In this document: in pieces, positions 36,004 to 45,600 of the stretch
Layout: each line of letters opens with the position of its first letter
How positions within the stretch are numbered: the first letter of the stretch is position 1
Origin: an uncultured Thermoplasmata archaeon
GTDB taxonomy: Archaea > Thermoplasmatota > Thermoplasmata > Halarchaeoplasmatales > Halarchaeoplasmataceae
Assembly: GCA_964399335.1 (NCBI GenBank)
Contig: CAYNQI010000003.1
Span: forward strand, 1 to 55,350
Length of the DNA stretch: 55,350 bases
Direction: 5' to 3'
Translations under genes and position numbers: made by a program
Notes under the pieces: model-generated
Told to the model about the DNA's origin: nothing
The model's database searches: none
The model's input: the letters and a program-made list of their open reading frames with translations, nothing else

Positions 36004-36582
36004 TTGGAAATATTAACGGGATTAGATATCGAAGTCGATGATGAGGTATATGTACCATCTGATGATACTTTTTTATTGATCGAATTACTACAATTAGAGG
36101 GTAATGAAAGGGTACTAGAGATAGGTTGCGGCTCTGGTTTTATCTCACTGCATTGTGCGTCTATCGGTTGTGAAACTACATCAGTAGATATATCTGAGAT
36201 GGCTTTGGAAAACACACTGTATAATGCTAAAATAAACAACTTAAAGATCAATACAAAAGTTAGCGACATGTTCTCGAAACTGTCTGGTCGATGGGATATT
36301 ATTATTTTTAATCCCCCATATCTCCCAAAGGAAAAAGCCTTTGATCAGGACCTTCGGTGGGATGGCGGGAAGAGAGGAGATGAAATTGTGGTACGATTTC
36401 TATCCAAAGCTCATAATTATCTTAAAAAAGGAGGTTCAATTTACTTGATATATTCAGATAGATCTCCTTTGAATAAAATAGAGAATATTATTGATGAAAA
36501 ATACACTTTACTTAAAAAAAGTTCTCAAACTTTTAGTTTTGAAACGATCTATGCTGTGAAATTGCTTCGTGACTTTGATTGA
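36004..36582 (+). CDS. HemK2/PrmC-like N5-glutamine methyltransferase
   Basis: VYVPSDDTFLL, VLEIGCGSG, FNPPYLP, DGGKRG. Confidence 0.88.
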   Translation: MEILTGLDIEVDDEVYVPSDDTFLLIELLQLEGNERVLEIGCGSGFISLHCASIGCETTSVDISEMALENTLYNAKINNLKINTKVSDMFSKLSGRWDIIIFNPPYLPKEKAFDQDLRWDGGKRGDEIVVRFLSKAHNYLKKGGSIYLIYSDRSPLNKIENIIDEKYTLLKKSSQTFSFETIYAVKLLRDFD

Positions 36583-36772
36583 AGGCAATTTAATATAGAA
36601 ATTTGTCAATATAAAATTTATAGATTACCATGTTCTGGTTTCCATGTTGTACACCTACCTAATAAATCAATATTAATATTACTGGATTTGATCAAAATCA
36701 GATAGAAAATAGGATAAACAGAAATACAAATCTAATATCAAATACTAAATAACAGGAGCTAAATTTGGAACC

Positions 36773-37225
36773 ATGGAAAAGAAGTTTTTCTCAATTGGTG
36801 TTACTTTACTTCTATTGGGCATATTTTTGATATTTGCCTTCTGGCCTATAACCGCAACAAGCGCTAGAGCTTTAGCTGAAGAAAGTGATGATGGCTATGA
36901 GGAACATGAAACCGGTGAAACGGTCAGGGTATATGGAACTATAACTGATGTTACTGAGATTAGTTTATTAAACAGGGTTGTTGTTGAACTAGATGGAGAA
37001 CTATCGATAGAAATTGAAGGACAAGAAGAAATAGAGTACGTTGAAGGCGAGGAAGTATATGGTGAAATAGAACATGTAGATGTAATTAGTTTTGAAGAAC
37101 TTGACTTATTTAGTTACTGGAGGTTAGAAGGGGAACTAAACTCTAAGAGGACGATTGATTTCCTATTTTATGGTGTAGCCGGTGCAGGTATAGCAGTGGC
37201 AGCCGTTGGTGCTGTAAAGGAATGA
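36773..37225 (+). CDS. Small membrane protein with N- and C-terminal TM segments and an OB-fold-like extracellular domain
   Basis: Hydrophobic termini flank an acidic beta domain (GETVRVYGTITDV). Confidence 0.65.
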   Translation: MEKKFFSIGVTLLLLGIFLIFAFWPITATSARALAEESDDGYEEHETGETVRVYGTITDVTEISLLNRVVVELDGELSIEIEGQEEIEYVEGEEVYGEIEHVDVISFEELDLFSYWRLEGELNSKRTIDFLFYGVAGAGIAVAAVGAVKE

Positions 37226-37270
37226 ATTTTGCATTAACTTAAAATATCATACTCTCTCATTCCATAAACC

Positions 37271-38722
37271 ATGAGTGAGTTTCGTAATAACAACGGTACC
37301 ATAGAAAAAGTACACAACCTCAAATCAAAAAATAAACCTTTAGATTGGACTGAAAAATACAGACCAAGTAGATTAGATGATGTTGTTGGAAACCGGGAAG
37401 CTAAAATAAAGCTGAAAAAATGGGCTAATAAATGGGCAAACGGTAAACCCAAAAAGAAAGCGGTTATATTGGCAGGAAAACCAGGAGTAGGTAAAACTTC
37501 AAGTGCACTTGCACTTGCCCAGCAGATGGGGTGGGAATCTTTGGAGATGAACGCTTCTGATGAAAGAAATAGAGATGCGATCAGGGATTTTGTAGGTAGG
37601 AGTGCAGTCGATGATACATTTTCATCTACGGGTGATTTCACACCATATAAAAAGGGTAGCAGGAAATTATTGATCCTAGACGAAGCCGATAATATATTTG
37701 GTAAAGAGGATTATGGGGGAGTCAGGGAGATCGCTAAAACCATCAAAAAGACTGAACAACCCATGGTTCTTGTTGTTAATGATTATTATGATCTAAGACG
37801 GAGATCAAGTACTTTAAGTAATCTATGTAAAAAGATCGATTTCGAGCCTGTTAAAAAAGGCGAAATAATAGATCTTCTTAATAAGATATGTTTAAAAGAG
37901 GATAAAAAATTTGATATCGGAGCGTTGAAGGCAATAGCGGAACGATCACAAGGTGATGTCAGATCAGCTGTTAGAGATTTAGAAAGTCTAGCTGCCGGTA
38001 GAGATAAGATAACTAGAGACGATCTAGATGCTTTAGGAACAAGGAACAGGGAAGCTGACATATTTCCGTCCTTGAAAACTATTTTACAGGGTAAAGATCC
38101 ATTAGAAGCAAAAAGAGTACTAAGAGAACTTGATGAACAACCTGGCCATATGTTGTTATGGATCGATGAGAACTTACCTAGAGAATATAAAAATGATGTA
38201 GAACTTGCGATGGGATATGATAAACTATCCAGGGCCGACGTATATCTAGGCAGGATATTCAGTAAGCAGTATTATCGCTTTTGGTCTTACTCTAACCAAT
38301 TGATGTCAGCAGGTGTAAGTGTAGTCAAGCATAGAAAACATACTGGCTGGACGAGATATGCCTTTCCCACTTGGCTTCGTAAGATGAGCGATTCTAAAGC
38401 AAAGCGTGGTACTAAAAAGACGATAAGTAGTAAAATAGCGGATGAAAACCACGCAACAACCGATCGTGTTAATTCAGAGATACTTCCATATTTCAAAATT
38501 CTTTTTAAAAATGATACTGGATTCAGAGAAAAAATGGTAGATAAACTAGATTTAGATAAAAGTGAAACTGCCTTTTTATTGGACACAAAGATAAATTCTC
38601 AGGTTGTAAAAGAACTTTATGAGAATGAGAAGAAGATCGAGAAGAGTTCTAAAAAGAAGAAAAAAGAAAATAAGGACAAAAAGAAGGAAAAGGAAAGTCA
38701 GAAGTCGCTACTGGAGTTTTGA
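37271..38722 (+). CDS. rfcL: Replication factor C large subunit
   Basis: WTEKYRP, GKPGVGKTS, EMNASDER, LILDEAD, WIDENLPREY. Confidence 0.95.
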   Translation: MSEFRNNNGTIEKVHNLKSKNKPLDWTEKYRPSRLDDVVGNREAKIKLKKWANKWANGKPKKKAVILAGKPGVGKTSSALALAQQMGWESLEMNASDERNRDAIRDFVGRSAVDDTFSSTGDFTPYKKGSRKLLILDEADNIFGKEDYGGVREIAKTIKKTEQPMVLVVNDYYDLRRRSSTLSNLCKKIDFEPVKKGEIIDLLNKICLKEDKKFDIGALKAIAERSQGDVRSAVRDLESLAAGRDKITRDDLDALGTRNREADIFPSLKTILQGKDPLEAKRVLRELDEQPGHMLLWIDENLPREYKNDVELAMGYDKLSRADVYLGRIFSKQYYRFWSYSNQLMSAGVSVVKHRKHTGWTRYAFPTWLRKMSDSKAKRGTKKTISSKIADENHATTDRVNSEILPYFKILFKNDTGFREKMVDKLDLDKSETAFLLDTKINSQVVKELYENEKKIEKSSKKKKKENKDKKKEKESQKSLLEF

Positions 38723-38723
38723 A

Positions 38724-39647
38724 ATGAAAGAAGGTAAAAAGGATCTCTTGAAAAAGCACGGTTACTCTTTTACGGGACTTGAATCTGGCGCCAAACTATG
38801 TCACTGGGTCAGTAAGAAATTGATAGATGGTAGATCCTGTTATAAAGAGGATTTTTATGGTATCCAATGTCACCGATGCTTACAGATGTCCCCTGTTTTA
38901 GACGTATGCAACCAAAGATGTTTGTTTTGCTGGAGATATCAAGACCATGAGGAACGTGGGTCTGTAAAATATGATGAGCCTAAAGACATCGTAAAAAGTA
39001 GTATAAAAGCTCAAAGGGAACTCGTCAGTGGTTTCAAAGGTGATGAACGCTGTTCAAAGAAGATGTGGGACGAAGCTAGGAACCCGAACCAGGTAGCTAT
39101 TAGTTTAGCCGGAGAACCTACGTTGTATCCATATCTAGGTGAACTAATCAGGGAATATAAAAAGAGAGGCATGACCACATTTTTAGTGACGAATGGAACT
39201 CTACCAGAGAGACTAGAAAATCTTTCTGAATTACCTACCCAATTGTACGTAACATTACCGGCTCCAAATAGAAAAATTTATGATAAGTTATGTGTACCTT
39301 CTTCTAGTGATAATTGGGATAATATCAAAAGATCTTTGGATATCCTGTCAACTTTAGACACAAGAACTGTTGTTAGACATACGTTAGTGAAGGGTTGGAA
39401 TATCGGATGGGAAAGAGAATATGTCGATCTGATCAAAAGAGCAGAACCTGATTTTGTAGAAGCTAAAGGTTATGTTTTCGTAGGTGATTCTAGGAGAAGG
39501 ATGAATCTTGAAAACATGCCATCTCACGATATGGTTAGAGATTTTGGGAAAAAAGAAGCTCGGCTATTAGATTGGGGAATTTTGAAAGAGAAGAGAGATA
39601 GTCGTGTAGTTTTATTGGGTGAAGCGGGTACTGAGTCTAAACTCTGA
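38724..39647 (+). CDS. tyw1: 4-demethylwyosine synthase TYW1/Taw1 (radical SAM)
   Basis: KLCHW, FYGIQCHRCLQM, CNQRCLFCWR, AISLAGEP, FVEAKGY. Confidence 0.93.
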   Translation: MKEGKKDLLKKHGYSFTGLESGAKLCHWVSKKLIDGRSCYKEDFYGIQCHRCLQMSPVLDVCNQRCLFCWRYQDHEERGSVKYDEPKDIVKSSIKAQRELVSGFKGDERCSKKMWDEARNPNQVAISLAGEPTLYPYLGELIREYKKRGMTTFLVTNGTLPERLENLSELPTQLYVTLPAPNRKIYDKLCVPSSSDNWDNIKRSLDILSTLDTRTVVRHTLVKGWNIGWEREYVDLIKRAEPDFVEAKGYVFVGDSRRRMNLENMPSHDMVRDFGKKEARLLDWGILKEKRDSRVVLLGEAGTESKL

Positions 39648-39720
39648 AATCAGCGAATTGATTGATACAGAGCCTACACTCAGATATAAAAAAATGAAAA
39701 TGTTTTGATGGATATTTTTA

Positions 39721-39760
39721 GACGTTCAACATTTTAGTGTTTGTTCACCTGCTTATCAGG
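39721..39760 (-). other. 3' arm of the 16S pre-rRNA processing stem (BHB)
   Basis: Inverted repeat of 41310-41350. Confidence 0.85.
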
Positions 39761-39771
39761 TTAAATTTCGT

Positions 39772-41243
<1,472 letters not shown>

Positions 41244-41309
41244 TTGGGAGTAAAGATTAGACCTTACACATTCGCTCTATATATTGAATCCAAATCAATA
41301 GGTTGTTTT

Positions 41310-41350
41310 CCTGAATCGGCAGGTGAACAAAAAACACCATGTTGAACGTC
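41310..41350 (-). other. 5' arm of the 16S pre-rRNA processing stem (BHB)
   Basis: GACGUUCAACAU-GGUG-UUU-UUUGUUCACCUGC pairs with GCAGGUGAACAAA-CACU-AAA-AUGUUGAACGUC. Confidence 0.85.
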
Positions 41351-41432
41351 TGTCGGATTCAAGAGATCTCGGAATTAAATCCGGGGTTCTCGAATCCCCA
41401 TCAAATTGCACTCCCATCACACAAAGCAAGTG

Positions 41433-41448
41433 TTATATATGTTTTTGG
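41433..41448 (-). promoter_or_regulatory. 16S rRNA promoter (BRE-TATA)
   Basis: Minus-strand CCAAAAAC-ATATATAA; predicted TSS about 41412-41415. Confidence 0.6.
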
Positions 41449-41613
41449 ATTGCTTCATCTTACATTTACGGGATGTGAGCTAAATTACTTTTACGGATTC
41501 TAAACATTGTTAAACAAACTATTTAAGGATTTCCAATGATTCAAGAAATTATCCCGTCTTTGCAATAAGAGGGATTAGATTGAGGTATTATACGATCAAA
41601 ATCTAATTTGCCT

Positions 41614-42144
41614 TTATTTCCACTTTATTTTTAAAAAACAATCATTTTCTCCTTTCTCTGGGTGATCTATTATCTTAACTTTGCCCTTGGTTTTTGTAGC
41701 CTCTAAACCACCTAAAAACACACCTTTCCATCCGTAACAGCTGTAATCATCAATCTTTACTTCTTTTAATTTTACAAGTGCCTCTTTATTCCTTTCATCC
41801 GTCTCTATGGTCATCGACCCAAAATTGTATGCATCATCGTAACTTTTTGGAGATTTTTTCAACAAGGTTTTGATCGAGATAAATCTAGCTAAGTATGATA
41901 GAAATCCCATATTTTTTATGCCGTATTTTCCTGCGATGATCAACGATTCTGGACCTTTATTTTCACCTATCCATCTATGTATTCTAGCGTGGAATTTTGC
42001 GGAGTACCATCTTTTTTCTTTTATGTCCCCAGGATCAATACCGACATATTCAGCACATTCTTTAACACCTTTTTCTCCAAACTGTCTTTTGATGGATTTA
42101 AAATATCCTTCCATTACTACCCCTCTAATCTTTTTATCTTTCAT
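41614..42144 (-). CDS. H-NOX/V4R-like (TIGR02265/DUF2378-like) putative ligand-binding protein
   Basis: IRGVVMEGYF, RWYS, C.GW.GVF.G.LE and C.LKIKW pattern. Confidence 0.55.
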   Translation of the reverse strand: MKDKKIRGVVMEGYFKSIKRQFGEKGVKECAEYVGIDPGDIKEKRWYSAKFHARIHRWIGENKGPESLIIAGKYGIKNMGFLSYLARFISIKTLLKKSPKSYDDAYNFGSMTIETDERNKEALVKLKEVKIDDYSCYGWKGVFLGGLEATKTKGKVKIIDHPEKGENDCFLKIKWK

Positions 42145-42279
42145 TTTGTTTCCTCAACAACTGAAATAATACTACGAATCACTAATAATATTTATCATAG
42201 TATATCAGTTCAATATCTTATTATTCATCTATTTAAGGACCCCAAAAAGTTTTTATCAAACCCATCTTTAAGAACGACG

Positions 42280-42480
42280 ATGAAAGGCACAAGATCTAAA
42301 GAGAAAGCTTTGATTTATCTTACGATTTCGGTTATATTGCCGATAGCTCTTATCTTGATCAATCATCTTTATAGACCCGACAACATATTTTTGTCTATAC
42401 TTTTACTAGCCTGGATAGGACTAGCCCTCCTTATCATACAGCCTTATTCCACAGAGGGTTATGAAACAGTTGAACCTTAA
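42280..42480 (+). CDS. 66-aa two-TM membrane protein
   Basis: Two hydrophobic helices; TATA TTTTTATC about 30 nt upstream (leaderless); T-tract after the stop. Confidence 0.65.
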   Translation: MKGTRSKEKALIYLTISVILPIALILINHLYRPDNIFLSILLLAWIGLALLIIQPYSTEGYETVEP

Positions 42481-42503
42481 TTTTTCCTCAACTTTTGTGT
42501 TTT

Positions 42504-42564
42504 TCAGAACTCAAGATCTTCATCACAGCTAGTTTGAAGTAGCTCAGCTAGGGGATCTCATCAC
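42504..42564 (-). ncRNA. Box C/D guide sRNA
   Basis: C box GUGAUGA (42564-42558), guide, D' CUGA (42547-42544), hairpin, C' GUGAUGA (42526-42520), guide, D CUGA (42507-42504). All four boxes are consensus. Confidence 0.88.
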
Positions 42565-42645
42565 ATTAAATCACAGTATATAAGAAGTAATTAAAACTTA
42601 ACATCGAAAATAGTTTATATCCCCCCCTTTTCAGGACACCAGTCT

Positions 42646-45600
42646 ATGCTGGAAATAAAAGATGAAGAAAGAGAAGACTTAGGTGTAGTTTCTTTTGCTA
42701 TCTTAGGAGTATTGATTATATTATTGTCTATATTTGCTGCAGCCTATATTTCTCGAATCGATAGGATAAATTATGAAAATGAATTACGGAACGATAAAAT
42801 TTCACAACTTGAATATTCTATAGATGACATCTTCGACTCCATCGAAAACAAGATCAAATATATTGGGATCCAGAGTGTTTTTGATGAAGGTGTAAAGAGT
42901 GATGAAAATACTACAGAAAATTTTCAATCTAGGATAGATGAATATTTTCAAGAAAATAGTGCTCTTAGAGGATGGGAATATAAAGGAACTTCTATAAAAA
43001 TAGAAGATTATAATCTTGTAATCAATCCAAAAACTGCATCAGTTGATGAAATAAATCCCGAAGATGATCCGGATGTTATCAAAAATGATAGTCCAGGAGT
43101 CCTAAAGAAAAGAAATACTACTTTTTATTACGAAATTTTAGGCCAAATAAATTTGACAGCCTTTAATGACGGATTAGAATTGGATAAAAGCAGGGATATA
43201 AGTGTAACAATCGATGTTCCAGCCCCTTTCATGAGAAACAAGATGGATTCATTTGGTACTAACCTCCGTGGGGATAAAAGTCATCTTGCAAGGATCACTG
43301 AATACATGTTGACTACTCTTGCCCAATATCGGACTCTAGTTGGTTACGGTATGCAACCTATAGAAGACGAAAGTGGCAACCTTGACAAAACAACCAATGA
43401 AATAATTAAAGAGCAGGATGTAGAATTGGCTGTAAATTTAGCTTTATTGTTTGAGATCGCTTATCATTATCGTTCATATGATCCTGATCATCTAGATTCA
43501 ATATTAAACAATGTGAGTTATCTTAAAAGGGATAACTTAGAAGAATTACTAATAAATTATCTTCACGAGGACAGTATCGATCCAGGGGATATTATCAGTC
43601 TTTATCATAGATATTCTTACGATAATCAAGTAGTTCAAGAAAATGATTCGGTCGAAATCGATATTGGTATAATAGTCGCACAAGCCATGAATGCTTTAGT
43701 AGACCAATTTGTATTAAAACATCTAGAGAATCTAAAAGTTACTCCGGTTTTAGATTTGATCTTAAGTGGAGTTGAGATAGTTGAAGATATTTATGAATCG
43801 GTTACGGATCTGATATTCGGAGATGATGAAGAAGACGAGGTCAACCTTCAACAAGTTCAAGTTGTGAAAGAATGGGTAAGAAGTGTGTTCATCTCATCAG
43901 GATTGATGGATACAAGTTTTTTACGTAATTATTATGGGAAATACGATAGATTTCAAGGAGAAAAGATCGCAGGTTATCCTAACCTTCCCGACGGTTATGA
44001 GTTTACAGATGAAATTGAATATTATTCTAGGTTAGATGGTGAAGAATACGAATGGTATGGTTTCAGTTGTGGACATGGAGACTTAGATAGGAAGAGAGGA
44101 CATACTTGCGACGAGATAGTAAAAGTTGGTGAAGATGGGGATGGTAAACCAATAAATGCGAGGTGTGGTGCGGAGGAAATCAAGTTAAAACATGATTTTA
44201 GACATGGCAACGTTCATATGAAAGTGAAAAATGGTCCTGTTTCATTCCAGCCGGTAGATATTTTAGACGGTAATGATGAAGTTTGGCAGGATTTTTATGA
44301 TGATCACTTTAAAAGTTCTGTAGATGAAAACCCCGAAGATGTCAGTGACGCTGTAAAAGAGGTTATAACTGAATTCGTTGGAGAATTGGTTAAACATGAT
44401 AAGATTAAGGAGATCATCAGAGAGTATAACAATATCAAAGTCGATCCTACTGATGAAGTATCTTTTATGAAAGATATTCAAGTAAATATTGATTCTGCGA
44501 TACATGATGTTATAGAGCACTTCCGTAAAAATCCCGATGAGATAGCTGAAATTTTAAAAGAAAAATTACACAACGGTGGGGACCCGAAAGTAGATGAATT
44601 GATCTATTTTTTAAATTATAGATATGACGATCTTGTCACAAGACAAAGGGTTAAACAAAGAGCAGCCCGAAAAACCGCTGACAGATTAACAGCACCTAAC
44701 TCAGCTTTTCTTGAAATATCGGATGTATATCGTGGTATGTCTAGATATGATGAAAATATGTTGTGTGATTTCAGTTGGAATTCAAATAGAACTATAAGTA
44801 AAAATGAGGCTTCAGACATAATACAAAATGGTAATATATATAAAGAAAAGGTATTAGAATCATTGTATGAAGATATTAGGTCCAACTTAGATGAATTTTA
44901 TCAGGAACTTAAAAAAAGAGAAGTCCACATATCAGATTCTGATGAAAATATATCTCAAGAGGATGGTTTGATAGTTCAAGCTTTGAATCATTATCAATTT
45001 AACACAAGTTATGAAAGTGAGAATCATACAACTAGAAGTGGAAATATACTAGATTGTATCGAAGAGATATCACCTAACCCAGCAACTCAGGACCAAGATA
45101 CGGTATATTTTCGGGGCAATACCTCAATAGATTATAAGGATGTAGAATGGAAATCAAATTTAGATGGCCATCTTTCGAATAAGATCGAATTTAATCGTTC
45201 TGCGAGATTTATGACATCTGGTTCACATGAAATAACTCTCAAAATATTGGAAGAAGGAGGATCAATGTATGAAGATAAGGAAACTTTATTCATAAATATA
45301 CCTCCCATCGCGGAAATAGACGATGTGTCGCCGAACCCTGCTACAGAATCCCAAGAGATGGTTTTCACAGATTCGAGCTCGGATCCTGATGGTTTTATAA
45401 CTGAAAGGTTATGGAAATTTGGAGATGGTAATAGTTCTATCGGAACTTTGGTCAATCATACCTATACCCAACCCGGACACTATACTGTTTCTTTAACAGT
45501 AACCGACGACAAAGGTGGGAGGGATACTGTTTATAAAAGTGTACTTGTTGACGATGCACCTAAAGTTATAGATATCATCCCAGATAGTAGTGAAAGATTA

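Noticed and set aside
36669-36696. Palindromes AATATTAATATT and TTTGATCAAA upstream of the 36773 gene
   Set aside because: They are almost entirely A/T in a very AT-rich spacer, so chance is likely.
41977-42279. N-terminal extension of the 167-aa ORF 41977-42480
   Set aside because: It overlaps the minus-strand gene and its promoter; only the ATG 42280 portion has a promoter and a protein-like composition.
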